Assembly (NCBI GenBank): GCA_951406725.2
Contig: OX597832.1
Span: 10,850,001 to 10,914,000 of the forward strand
DNA length: 64,000 nucleotides
DNA from: Octopus vulgaris
Taxonomy: Eukaryota
Direction of reading: 5' to 3'
Below the pieces are notes generated by a model. That model ran no database searches and was not told the origin of the DNA. It was given only the letters and a program-made list of their open reading frames with translations. Below are positions 14,101-26,390 of this stretch, one piece after another (the first letter of the stretch is position 1; each line of letters starts with the position of its first letter). The translations under genes and the position numbers were made by a program.

Positions 14101-14949
14101 ATTACTTTCTTAGTTTCCCTAACCATGATGTAGTATTAGTAGTAGTAGTTGTTGTTGTTCTTCTTCTTTTTGTTATTGTTATGCCCTTCCTAGTTCGGTC
14201 TCCAATAACCTAATAGTTGGGGGTACAATCATTTTTCTACTTCAATCTGTAGTTTATGTACATATGTGAAAATGTTATCATCTGAATAATATCAATATTT
14301 TTAATCTCTAATATTGAGTAGCGAATACATCAGTTTACATTCGTAGAAAATATGCCTTTGATGGTATTTGGCCACAGCATGGCCAGATCCCTCTGGCAAC
14401 GAGTAAAAACTAAAATTTTTTGCAGTAAAAATAAATAGCTTTTCGTTTCCGGAGGAGGGTATTTATTCTTTCAATGACATAACGTTTATGGAAATGGCAG
14501 AGAAAAGCGCTCAGACGATTGAGGCACTCAGGAAACTATCATCGAAATGAGAAATAATGTGTCAGAACATTATGCAGTCGAGATAGCTGCTTTGGCATTG
14601 TTTACATATTATATTCACAGACTTCGTGGCATTTTGTTGAAAGTTTTAAACGCTACAAACTGCAGTGAAACCCGAGCTAGGATCAATAAATCGAAAGTTG
14701 TTCTACTGTTTCATTGAAAGAACAAATAGTTTCCGAAACATTTTGAAATTTGAAACAATTTCTTTTTGTATGTGTCCTTCGTAATATTATTTTATTATTT
14801 TCTTTTTTATTATTTTCTGCTTTGTAATGTATATGTATATATATATTTTTTTTTTTACCACACATCATTGTTCAGATTTCTCTCGAAAAATGTCGTTTGT
14901 TAATCTTTTATATATGTCTGTACATTTTTTGTTTCCATTTGTGAGATCG

Positions 14950-14992
14950 TTATCATTCTTATCATCACCATCACCACCACCAGCAATACCTC

Positions 14993-15035
<43 letters not shown>

Positions 15036-15660
15036 TTCATGATCACCATCATCATCAACATCAAATCTATTATCGACACCATTAACATATTTATTATCGG
15101 CATCATTACCACGTTCGTTTTCCTTTTCTTACTCCTCATCATCTTTATCATCATAATCACCATCATCATCATAATCATCTTTCTTTCTTATCATCATCAT
15201 CGTCGTCGTCGTCGTCGCCTCCACCATCGTCGCAGCCGATATTTTTGTCTTTGTTTTTATCATCACCCTCAAGCAAATCGTTCGCATAATATCTAAAACC
15301 ATCGTCGGCAACATGAGCATCATCATAATGACCGCAAATCTTATCATCTGCGCCTCTGCTAACGCCACCAACTATCATCATCGCCGCCTCCACCACAAAC
15401 GCAATCCTCACCATCGCAATTGTTGTACACATAATCATTGTTTAACCCGTGCGTCGCCATCGATATCTTTCATGAACCTATTATGTAATAACCTCATCAT
15501 CGTCGTAATTATCAGTCTCGGTTGCAACCAATATCGAATCATTATCATGACCGCCACTACCACCACCACCATCATCATCATCGTCGTCGTCATCATCATC
15601 ATCATCAACATCAGCAGTATCAGTAATGGTAGCAGTATCGCAATCATCATCAATATTGTT
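14950..15660. repeat. Compound trinucleotide low-complexity tract (ATC/ATT/CAC/CGT)n
   Basis: Runs of CAT, TAT, CAC and CGT; these generate the poly-I/H/D/M ORFs. Confidence 0.93.
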
Positions 15661-16254
15661 ATTAAAATATTTGTTCAGTATGTTTTATGTCCGGGTGATT
15701 GTTTATTCGAAGTATGTTTAAAAGGCTAAAATACATTTTTTTCCTGTTATCTCTAAATTTTATTGTAGTATTCTGTTTAGTTCATCTATTCTATTTAGTT
15801 TTCTGCCAGCGATAGATAATTTAAATTTCGGGCGAATCAAAGGCTTGTTAATGAAATTTGTTAGACACAGAGTAACTCTCTATGTACCAGCCATTGTAGA
15901 AACCGAAGCTCTTCTTGCATGGTAGACATAAACCATCTCATGATTTAATACTCCCATGTGGCACATCAAATGTACCCGTTAAGATTTATGATCCCTGAGA
16001 CAATATACTCCCTTCCTAACATCTGTCGCAGAACTCATATGTATTCCCTTCTTTTGCTAAGCCTTAGAAAAATTTTACGATAGTGTTTAAACGCAGTTCG
16101 TTACTTCATATTTCTTCCCATTCTCCTAATATCGGTGGCCCATCACAATTGCTTTAGTATTACGTATAATGCTTTGTAGATTTAGGTAAAACCCTGGCCC
16201 CTAAAGATGCTTGGTCTAGAAATTCTTATTTATTTTAGCTTGTTTTAAACTTCA

Positions 16255-16640
16255 AGAAGATTGTTTCCCAACTACATAATTCTCGGTTCAATCCCACTGA
16301 ATAGCAACTTGTACAAGTGTCTTTTGCTATAGCTTCGGGGCAAACAAAAACATTTAATTTTATTTGGTAGACGGAAACTGAAAGAAACCTGTGGAATATA
16401 TATAACTATATATGTATGTGTGTTTCTTTGTATCTCTGTTTGTCCCACACATCGTTTGGCAACTGAAGTGGATTTGTTTACGTTCACGTAACATAGAAGT
16501 TCGGCAAAGGAACCGATAAAATATGTGCCAGGCTTACAAAGAATAAATCCTGGGGGCAATTTCTTCAACTAAAACATTCTAAAGCGGTGCTCCAGCATGG
16601 CAGTAGTCACATGACTGAAACAAGTAGGAAAATAAAAGTA
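16255..16640 (+). mobile_element. SINE family A, diverged near-full copy
   Basis: Contains GGTTCAATCCCACTG, TTGGTAGACGGAAACTGAAAGAA and tail GCGGTGCTCCAGCATGGC...TGACTGAAACAAGTA. Confidence 0.85.
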
Positions 16641-18871
16641 TGTAAGAGGAAGAACCTTATATATATATGTATATACGTACATATATATTGTTAGAATATT
16701 TAGAACGTTCCGAAAAACATATCTCTTTACACTACTGGCATTCTCTACGATCTAAATTCTCACTGAATTCGATTTTGCAGTTCCACCCACCAACGGGAAT
16801 CGATAAAACAAAATTCCAATCAAATACTGGGGCATTTCATGGAATTTACCTTGATTCAACAATCGAGGACTTGTGCCAATATAACAAATCAATATAACAG
16901 AAAAGATTATAAATATCACAAGCTTTTTCTGACTCATTCTATAAAAAGAAAATCTTCGGATCTATGACTGTGTAAGAGACAATTAATTTCAGTTTATTGA
17001 TTTCTCGAAGATAATTTGATGTGAAAGTAGCGTAAAACAAAGGAAAAATATATTGAACGCGGTGTAATATTGATTTCTTTTATTGTCGCAAGGACGTACA
17101 TTTTGATAGGGACAGCTTCGATTAAATCGATCCGACATTTTACTGTTCCTTACATTATCAGATTCATAAGACTAAAATTAAAGACAACCTTTGCAGGCAG
17201 CATGTCACTTTTGAGCTTAAAAAGGGGTCATCGGAACTTATTTGATACCAGGAGGCATTTCGTTTTTCTGATATCAACATAAACTACTTTCCCGTTAAGC
17301 TATGATATTGATTTCTACCCTGCACAGTAAAACGTTATAGTTGATTGTATCGGCAACATCAGTGCTTGATTTGCAAGACAAGATTCCTAGCGGTATTAAA
17401 CTCAACTATTTACACTGAGAGATCAAATCACATCAAAATAAACTTGCTGTGGTTTACCTCTAATCAGTTCAGCGTAAATGGGATAATATGTGCTTTTAAA
17501 GCTCTGGATATTTTGATTGAATTTTTTGTGTGCTTGATAGGAAAAAATGTGGGCTATACCGATACTGTACTGTCTCAGTTTACAGACAATCAGAGTCAAT
17601 TTTGTCATTCATTTTTCCAAGGTCCCTGTGGATAAGCTGATTGCCGTAAATCTGAGAATTGGACAATAATTTTGTGGTATTTGATTCAGTTCTTAAAGTT
17701 ACTTTTCTGATTCAGCCTTGTCGATCATATCTGTATCTAGGCACTCTGTGAATACTACTCGTGGGAGATCGGGACCTTGAATTCTCACACAAATATTTGC
17801 ATCTCACTTACGATTCCCGATCCACTTTGGTAAAGAAAGCTTTAAATGAAATCATTCGAATGAACCGACAGGATTAAAGGCGGAAAAGAGCTTCCAAATC
17901 AAATTCTTAAACCAACGACAAGATTTTGTTGTTTTAACGCTGATAATTTACAACTCACGTTTCATTTTAGATGTATAGGCAAATATTTGTTGGTTGTCAT
18001 AATTTTGGACTTCTTCAGTGACAAGGGTATATTTACCCTCGGTGGACTTTCTAATATTAGCGATATAAATGTTAGATTCTACGTAACCTATGTTGTATGT
18101 GATTGAGAATATTTGAGAATATTCAGTATGACTAACAGAAGCTTCCGAACATGAAGCATCATAATGCTATAGAACATATTTGATAAAGCCTTCAAAGAGT
18201 GCTGTCATCCAGCCATGGTGGTTAAATTTATGTTATTTTCCGTCCCCTTGCTATGAGTATTTACCCTCAGGTGAAAGCTGCTTGCGCAAATCTGTGATGG
18301 AAGAGTACTTGTAAAATGGCTCTCCTCACTGTTTAGAAGTATCTACAGCTATATTGCTATTTGAATCAGTTCTTTGTTATGCAACGTCGTCATGTTTTAT
18401 TGCAGGAAATGTATGTTTAGTATTGTCGACTGGTAACGTAAGAGTCGTATTATCAACTCGTTGGTTACAGCATTATCTACTTAGGGAAACAAATGGAATA
18501 TTAAAACAAAAACATAAATGCTTTCAGAACGAAACAAAATACTAAATTATAGTCTGATGCAATTGCTCACTAGTCGAACGTTTTTGTCTTTTTACAATAC
18601 ATGCAAAACAAGTAAAGAAGTCGGCTGAGAAAATATATTAACATAGAAAATAAAACAAACAATCGCCACTAGCATAATATTTAATAGATAATTATTTCAG
18701 CGAACTCATGGTTCAGTAAATGCTTATCTGATTGACCTTGAACAGGGGAATGACCGACATCGGTGGAATTTGAACGGAAAACATAAAGTACCGGAAGAAA
18801 TGCCACTAAATATATTTTTCAGAGGTTCTAACGATTCTGGAAGATGAGAGCCGGATAGTAATGTAAAATAA

Positions 18872-19257
18872 TCTTTTACTCTTTTACTTGTTCCAGTCAT
18901 ATGACTGCGGCCATGCTGGAGCACCGCCCTTAGTCGAGCAAATCTACCCCAGGACTTATTGTTTGTAAAAGCATAGTACTTATTCTATCGGTCTCTTTTG
19001 CCGAACCACTAAGTTACGGGTACGTAAACACTCCAGCATCGGTTGTCAAGCGATGTTGTGGGTGACAAACACAGACACACAAACATATAAACACATATAT
19101 ATATATGCATATATACGACAGGCTTCTTTCAGTTTCCACTCACAAGGCTTTGGTCAGCCCGAGATTATAGGGGGAGACACTTGCCCAAGGTGCCACGCAG
19201 TGGGACTGAACCCGGAACCATGTGGATCGTAAGCAAGCTCTTATCGCACAGCCACTC
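18872..19257 (-). mobile_element. SINE family A, near full length
   Basis: Reverse complement aligns over the head (GAGTGGCTGTG...GGTTCCGGGTTCAGTCCCACTGCGTGGCACCTTGGGCAAG), body and tail of the copy at 22357. Confidence 0.92.
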
Positions 19258-19344
19258 AGTTTAAGGGGGGATAGTCAATTCAGTAACGTCGACCCCAGTG
19301 TACAACTGGTCAGTACTAATTGTACACTGGCGTCGATGTAATAG

Positions 19345-20390
19345 GTGTCCATTCCGTTAAAATTGGACACCATGTGTCTAATTTGGTCCCGACCTCCAAG
19401 TAGAGAAGAACTGGGACGAGGTGACAAACGGGGTTGCCAATCTTATCCAGAAATGGGCTGAGAGGAAGCTATCCCTTTAAGGTCGAGTAGAGGGGACGTT
19501 GCCTACATCGCTTCCGTTATCATTTATCGCCTGACTGTCATGCCTTGTCCCAGTTATTGCTTTACCGAGTTGGGGTGTCTCTAGTTCAATTTCTTGTGGA
19601 AGGGATGCGTTCCAATGATCAGGCAGTCAGTCTTCTACCAGTGTCTCCTGAGTGGCCGACTAGGTATGCATTGCTTGTGACTCTCAGGCACGCTCTTAAG
19701 TTACACTACTTGCAACGATTTAAGGACGTTGACCGTGTGTGAGATCCGTTTGTGAGGTACGTCTTTCCACTGCTCGTCTCCTTGACAGAACTGCAGTTTT
19801 GGGTCATCAAAAGACCAAGACTGGGCGCCTAGCACCCAATATGTGGTCAGGCGCCCACAAACCTCTTACAGTCGGGCAATGAGAACGGTAGATGTTCTGC
19901 TTTAACAATTTGTATAGGACTAGTGGCAGAGAAGTGTGGAGACATTCTCGAGGAGACTAGGTGTCGACGAAAACGAACTGGCCAGTCTTTCCGGTCGGCA
20001 ACTATCATGGAACAATTCCAGATGTCCTTGGTCTGGTAGTACTACCAGGGGATGTTACCAGTTCAAGATAAACTCTACAGATGTCCTATCAGATGGGCTT
20101 GTCCGAAGTGCGCGCAGTGTGACGAAACCGTTCTGCAAACATTCGTTCAGTGTCCGGACATTGCTGACATGTGGAGTGATGTCGAACAGCTGAAGTGTCG
20201 AGTAGGACGGATCCTCTTATCGGCCGAGTCCATAGGCAAGAGTTTTCCTTAGTCTGATGGCTGTGGCAAAAGAGGTTGTCTGGCGGACGAGGCTGAAAAG
20301 TATGAAAGAAAAAGAAATTGAGGATGTAGTGGGAAGTGCTATCCTCGGGTGAGTTTATTGAAAGGTGGGGGAAGTTACGAATATGGCAAA
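19345..20390 (+). mobile_element. L1/Tx1-clade LINE ORF2 3' remnant (post-RT region and CCHC zinc knuckle)
   Basis: FGPDLQVEKNWDEVTNGVANLIQKWAERKLSL*GR...YIASVIIYRLTV matches W..R.LSL.GR...K..I.S...Y. CPKCAQCDETVLQTFVQCP (~20099-20157) is a C-x2-C..ET..H...C-like knuckle. The region is more GC-rich than its flanks. Confidence 0.8.
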
Positions 20391-20790
20391 AGGAGCTGGT
20401 AGAATCATTAGCACACCGAACAAAATGCTTAGCAGCACTTCATCCGCCTTTACCTTCCATGTTCCAAATCTGTCTAGGTCGACTTTGCCTTTCAACTTTC
20501 TGAAGTCCGATGAAATAAGTACTAGATGAGCAGTGGGGCCAATGTGATTGACGTACTCAAAATATCTGACCCTGCGCCAAGGTTTGAAACTTTTATCATT
20601 ACTATTGTTGTTGCAGTTGTTAACAGTAATTTGACGGTACGCTCTCAGAATGGTTAGTGCCTCGGACAAAATGTTTACCGGCATTCTTTTTCCTTTTTTT
20701 CCCGGTGTCTTTCAGCAAAGATCCCTCCTCTCTCAACTTAGTTTTCTATCCTATCGAATAGATAAATTAAATTACCAGTCGAGTAATACT
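20390..20790 (+). mobile_element. Two degenerate SINE family B copies
   Basis: GAGCTGGTAGAATCATTAGCAC...AAAATGCTTAGC...GGTCGACTTTGCCTTTC, with a second weaker copy from ~20645. Confidence 0.65.
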
Positions 20791-20792
20791 TG

Positions 20793-20823
<31 letters not shown>

Positions 20824-20849
20824 GTATGTATATTCATATATATTCTTGT

Positions 20850-21065
20850 ATTACTTTACTTGATTCAGCTATTTGACTGCGGCTATGCTAGACCCTTTAC
20901 TCGTACAAATCGACCTAAGGACTTGTTCCATCGATCTCTTTTGCCGAACCGCTAGGTTACAAGTACGTACACGCTCCAACATCGGCTGTCAGCGATGGTG
21001 GAGAGACGAACACGGACACCCAAATACATGAATGCCTACATATATATATATATACATACACACAC

Positions 21066-21153
<88 letters not shown>

Positions 21154-21521
21154 TCGCCATGATAGATCGCTAGCCACTATACACATTTTTTTCGTTCTGT
21201 GTTCCTTCTGTGGAAGAGCGTAGGCTCGATACGGTAAATATTTTTTCAATCCCCGAACGTTATACTAATACATTTGTTTGTTTTCTACACCACCTGTCTT
21301 CGTCTTTTATTTCTTTCGTGAGTTCTTTCATATATATATATATATATATATATTCGACGGGGTTCTTTCATTTTCCGTCTACCAAATTCCCTCATAAGGC
21401 TTTGGTCCGCCGGAGGCTATAGTAGAAGACAGTTGTCCAATTGCCCAAGATACCAGAGCAGTGGGTTTTAACCTGGAACCATGTGGTTGGGAAGCAAACC
21501 TCTTACCATAGAGCTACTCCC
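20850..21521 (-). mobile_element. SINE family A split by an (AT)n expansion and a ~175 bp insertion
   Basis: 3' half at 20850-21035 and 5' half at 21352-21521, both on the minus strand and colinear with the other copies. Confidence 0.8.
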
Positions 21522-22356
21522 AATAATGTTGTTACTTTAATTCAGCTGAAATAGAAGTCATAGAGGCATCAGTAGTTAGAAGCATTAGCAAACACTAAAA
21601 AACAAAAGGAAACAAGAAAAAATAGCAGCAACAGTAATAACAAAAAACAATAACACCCTAACAGTCAGCTGTGATGATATGGAGAAGAATCGTTCATATA
21701 TAAATAAAAAAAAAGTAAATGAATATATAAACAAAAGCATTTATGTCTTAAGACTATGAACTCTTATCGTATTCAGCAAAACAGAGAAAACGGTGAATAA
21801 AGGAAGAAAGAAACGCAGGAAAATCAATAGATCAATATACGTCTGATGACTCATAATATAGTCTAAAGGCTATATTTTCCCTAATTGGTCCATTAAAATA
21901 GTTACACATTGGCAGTATAGCGAACAGCAACGTTTCATAATGCTATAAGTCAATGCTCTGCTTGATTCTGTTGTTTTTGAGTTGAATGATTTTCGTTGAG
22001 GGAACCCTAGATAAGACAAAACAAATAAGAATGATTGTTGAGGGATGTGTGTGTATGTGTGTGTATGTGTGTGTGTGTTTGTGTGCGTGTGAAATATAAT
22101 ACGCTCAAACAAACACAGATACACTCAAGCACAAGCAAATCTACGAAAAAGAAAACAATCCCACTTACACACATATGTGCAAATAATTATACACTCTACA
22201 CTCATTCAATACGAATGTACGTATACACTGAAAAGACATAAAAGGACACACATACAGAAAGAACGATACATGTGCTAAGACGTACGCACAATGTGAACTC
22301 AGATATAACGTATGTAAAGGTGTGTTTGTGTACATTTACAAAACCAAACATACATA

Positions 22357-22685
22357 GGCGCAGGAGTGGCTGTGTGGTAAGTAGCTTGCTTACCAACCAC
22401 ATGGTTCAGTCTCAATGCGTGGCATCTTGTGAGTGGATTTGGTAGACGGTAACTGAAAGAAGCCCGTCGTTTATATATGTGTGTGTGTGTGCATGTGTGT
22501 GTTTATGTGTCTGTGTTTGTCCCCTCAACATCGCTTGACAACCGATGCTGGTGTGTTTACGTCCCCGATAGAATAAGTACTGGGCTTACATAGAATAAGT
22601 CCTGGCGTCGATTTGCTCGACTAAAGGGCGGTGCTCCAGCATGGCCGCAGTCAAATGACTGAAACAAATAAAAGAACAAAAGAAT
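22357..22685 (+). mobile_element. SINE family A with internal deletions
   Basis: GGCGCAGGAGTGGCTGTGTGGTAAGTAGCTTGCTTACCAACCACATGGTTC head; tail GGCGGTGCTCCAGCATGGCCGCAGTCAAATGACTGAAACAA. Confidence 0.92.
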
Positions 22686-23299
22686 ACACATAGACGCGCG
22701 CGCACACGCACACATACGTTCGTACAAACACACACTCACAATACATACAGACACACATACATCACATACATATACACGCGTGCTTGTACGTATCATGCAT
22801 ACAAAACATCATAAGCACACCACACATTCACACATGCTATGTAGAGAGAAACACACTATCGCACACAGTACACATACAGACGTATATTTTAACACACAAA
22901 TACACAGGTAAACATACAGACACACAAAGAGATATACATTCCCACACATACATTTACTCCAAAGTGTTACGTCCGGGAATTATTTAGTGTTGAACTGGTG
23001 AATGTGTTAGATATTAAGGTAGTATGACTCTCCCCAGACACAACAAAACATGACTTGTTTTTAAAAAGTAATCTACATGTCCGTCTACGAGTGCTTGTGA
23101 ATCGCTCATCGCGTCTACAAGAGAGATGGTGTGCACGAGTCTAGGGCGAGTGAAAGTGATTCAGAAAACGATTATAATAATATTTTTTAATATGAATTAT
23201 TTTGACAATCCTTTTACTTTACATAACATATTCTCTATATTCTACTGTTGTTTTATTGCCATTCATTTACGAGTATTATACATTTTATAAATAATATAT

Positions 23300-23423
23300 T
23301 TTTCTGGGAACGAATTACGATTCATAACACTGCTACTATGGGAAATTATTGGTCTGCTTTACGAGTTTTCGCTTTAAGTACGTTCTCCGGGAACAAATTA
23401 ATTCATATATCGAGGCATTACTG
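23300..23423. mobile_element. Possible Tigger/pogo-like MITE terminus
   Basis: Reverse complement reads CAGTAATGCCTCGATATATGAATTAATTTGTTCC, resembling CAGT-initiated pogo/Tigger TIRs. No partner TIR was identified. Confidence 0.35.
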
Positions 23424-23524
23424 AATCCCCTATTGAATCATAGTTGAGTGTGCACTCAAATGCTTTCCACATACATTATATTTTTTTTCTTCTCCATCTC
23501 TCTATCGTTTCTGTCTCTTTTTAT

Positions 23525-23870
23525 ATTTTATTTATTACTTGCTTCAGCCACTGGACGTTGATCATTCTGGAACACAGTCTCGTAGGAATTAGTTATTTTT
23601 CCATGTTACGGGAACGCAAACGTACCAACACTGGTGGTTGTGCGATGGTTGTAGGATAATTATAAACACATGACAATACGCGTGAACACACACACAAATG
23701 CATATACATATTCAATCATAATATATTTATCCACTTATTACGAAGGGCTTCCACACTGTTTCCGCTTCATAAATTCACACATAAAACATTGGACGGTTCA
23801 GATCATAGTAGAAGATACTTGCCCAAGGACTGAGCCTGAATCTAATTCTTTACAGAACATGCTTATTCCA
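23525..23870 (-). mobile_element. SINE family A, old degenerate copy
   Basis: TTACTTGCTTCAGCCACT tail and ATAGTAGAAGATACTTGCCCAAGG head fragment on the minus strand. Confidence 0.65.
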
Positions 23871-24467
23871 CACGCATCCATCCATCTCTCTGCGCTGACC
23901 TACTTCATATCATTGTCTTGGGGCGGTTGAGTAAATCTTTATTTCCTTTCTCTTCGTGATGTGGCCGATTCCACAAAGAAACTGTTAGCATTTGAGAGGA
24001 GACCATGTGGGTTTTAGAAAGACTGACAGGTGAAAAGATAGAGAGGAAGGGAGACGAGGAAAATTGCTGACGGCAGTTGACTACTATGCTGGATATTTAT
24101 CGATTTTGAATGAGATAAAAAATACAAAATGAAATAAACATAACGAAATTCCCTCAACTATTATTATAGTTTTATCTTTAAATAAATAAAAAAAGTGGGT
24201 CATTGAACAATGCAGTCCCTTTTACACACATGCGCGCAAATATCTAGTTATTAACGCTTGGGTGCCTGAGAGGTCAGAGTTCACTTGGTGCTATGCGAAA
24301 CTACTATTATCACACTTTGTCCTTCTACCTCTCCTTTTCCCATCTGCTACCTAACAACCCCCTCTCTCTCCCGCTCACTCTTCTGTTGCCGTTTCTCTTT
24401 CTGGTCTTCAATGTTCACCTTCTCTTTGTCTCTAAATTCTCAATTACCAAGCATGTTGTCCATTACC

Positions 24468-24690
24468 GAGCTGGCAGAATCGTTAGCACGCCGGGCGAAA
24501 TGTGTAGCAGTATTTCGTCTGCCGTTAAGTTCTGAGTTCAAATTCCGCCGAGGTCCACTTTGCCTTTTATCCTTTTGGGGTCGATAAATTAAGTACCAGT
24601 TATGTACTGGGGTCGATGTAATCGTCTTAATCCCTTTGTCTGTCTTTGTTTGTTCCCTCTGTATTTAGCCCCTTGTGGGTAATAAAGAAA
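24468..24690 (+). mobile_element. SINE family B, near full length
   Basis: GAGCTGGCAGAATCGTTAGCACGCCGGGCGAAATG...GAGTTCAAATTCCGCCGAGGTC...CCCCTTGTGGGTAATAAAGAAA. Confidence 0.92.
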
Positions 24691-24942
24691 CACATATTAT
24701 CAGAAACATGATATTGACAAAAATCTACGACAAACAGTGGGTTCTCGGTCAAACCTCCGTATTTCCCATGTTTTAAAACTAAATTCTCAATGCCATTCAA
24801 CACAAACCGGTGTGCCTTCCCTGGTTTCTTTGGGTGATTTACAGAGTAACGATTGTGAGAAATGTTCCTAATATTCTGACTTAAACCTACATACACCTTG
24901 TAGCTGCTGACTGTTCTACAGTTTCCAGAAATAAATAAAGAG

Positions 24943-24945
<3 letters not shown>

Positions 24946-24994
<49 letters not shown>
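24946..24994. repeat. (GA)n microsatellite
   Basis: Pure GA run read directly. Confidence 0.95.
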
Positions 24995-24998
<4 letters not shown>

Positions 24999-25435
24999 AA
25001 TTAGTCGATTAGAGTAATTGACAGTATTTAATTAAAAGTGCCGAACTCGGGGGAATTAAGACTAAAAATGCAAAGAATTGAACTACGTACTGCAAAGACA
25101 TTTAAATAATTCAGGCAATCGATTCCCCTCATTTCCTTGTTTCAAAATTTTTTTCTCTATGCCCCTGCTTTGGTAAATAATTTTACAGTTGTTAAAGTAA
25201 CGCATAATAATCCTAATGCTCACAACAAAAGAACTCCCCTAAGAACTACACTCCAACAAAAGAACTACACTCAGGACCATGCAGTGATATTTATCTGGTT
25301 GAAAGATTGAGACTAACTCTCAAAAATCCATGACATAAGTTGCACATAGTAAGAGTAATTTCAGCAAAATCATTGGCCAAATATTTTCTTCACATTAAAG
25401 ACAAATATGATATTGGTATTTCCAATAGGGTAAAC

Positions 25436-25760
25436 TGCTACATTTAGGGATCTTTTCCTTTTGAATGGCAGTTTTCAACACAATTTCTAGTTAACTAAAC
25501 ACTTTTAAACTTCGTATACTGGTAGAATGTGTTTATAAAACATCATCTTTTCTTGGCCTTATTGAGAAAATTCTATATGTTGTAACATATTTCGACTTTA
25601 ATTCCGAGCATTTTGGCAATTTCAACCAATCGCTGACCTCCATTTGGGGTAAAAACAATTCCGTGCTGTATGAATATGTCCCTCGTTTTAGAAACAGATT
25701 GGGTTTATTTACATTTGCGAAGAAAAAAAAGATATCCTTCCCCAACCCTAACCCTAAATT
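25436..25760. mobile_element. Probable non-autonomous DNA-element fragment ending in telomere-like CCCTAA units
   Basis: Begins CTACATTTAGGGATCTTTTCC and ends CCCAACCCTAACCCTAA (25741-25757). Family assignment is from resemblance only. Confidence 0.4.
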
Positions 25761-26093
25761 CATGGTTGGCTAATGGGCTGGATGTAATACTGAAGAAGAA
25801 CAAGAACCCCTGAAATATGCATATACACCCATTTGTATTTTCCCTCTTCGCTGGCATGGTTTTCCTTAAACGTATTGTGATATGTAACAAATCAGTGCTA
25901 AATATAATTTTTATGGTCAATCTGTAGAGATACCCTTAGCAAGTGAAATATTTATATCATCGCGCAATACAAGACGTAGAGTTTGATAACTACTTCATAC
26001 AAAATAGTTATCAAAATATTCTAGCTAACATTATATAAATTATTTATATTACTTATATTTGACGGATATTTATCCTCATCTTGTTTGTTGTTA

Positions 26094-26139
26094 GCACAAC
26101 GTTTCGGCTGATATACCCTCCAGTCATCATCAGGTGTCT
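26094..26139 (-). ncRNA. Minimal type I hammerhead ribozyme motif (Penelope-like, dimer-dependent)
   Basis: Minus strand AGACAC-CUGAUGA-U-GACUG[GAGGGUAUAU]CAGCC-GAAACGU-U-GUGC: intact core, palindromic ACGU helix III, one mismatch in helix II. Confidence 0.7.
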
Positions 26140-26195
26140 TGGGGAAATTTTGAACCTGGGTTCTCATTCCTAAGGTATTCCTAATGTATACCCGT

Positions 26196-26267
26196 GGGAA
26201 TATGGCATAGCGTTAAAAGCGCGGGCTACTAACCCCAAGATTCCGTGTTCGATTCCAGGAAGTGACC
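26196..26267 (+). pseudogene. tRNA-derived sequence (SINE-type head), not a functional tRNA
   Basis: A-box-like TGGCATAGCGTT, anticodon-like arm GGG-CTACTAA-CCC, B box GTTCGATTCC (26247-26256); the acceptor stem does not pair. Confidence 0.75.
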
Positions 26268-26343
26268 ATAATAATAATAATAATAATAATAATAATATCA
26301 AAAAATACCTTCGGAATGAGAACCCAGGTTCAAAATTTCTCCA

Positions 26344-26390
26344 AGACACCTTATGAAGGCTGGAGGGTATATCAGCCGAAATGTTATGTC
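26344..26390 (+). ncRNA. Degenerate hammerhead motif (mirror arm)
   Basis: AGACAC-CUUAUGA-A-GGCUG[...]CAGCC-GAAAUGUU-AUGUC: perfect helix II but a G5>U core change, so probably inactive. Confidence 0.55.

Noticed and set aside
14900-15729. His/Asp/Ile/Met-rich ORFs
   Set aside because: Products of trinucleotide low-complexity DNA that is open in several frames on both strands.
17752-17877. ILLVGDRDLEF... frame resembling an APE endonuclease GDFN motif
   Set aside because: The key residues differ and no other APE motifs are visible.
21835-21876. CTGATGAC...GTCTAAAGGCTATAT hammerhead-like string (similarly CTGAAGA...GAAA at ~25790)
   Set aside because: Core or helices are incomplete; cannot be distinguished from chance without a family consensus.
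25741-25757. Telomere-like CCCTAA repeats
   Set aside because: Only about three units inside a repeat fragment; not a telomere.
26196-26267. Functional tRNA gene
   Set aside because: The acceptor stem does not pair and it sits in a repeat palindrome; treated as a SINE-type head.
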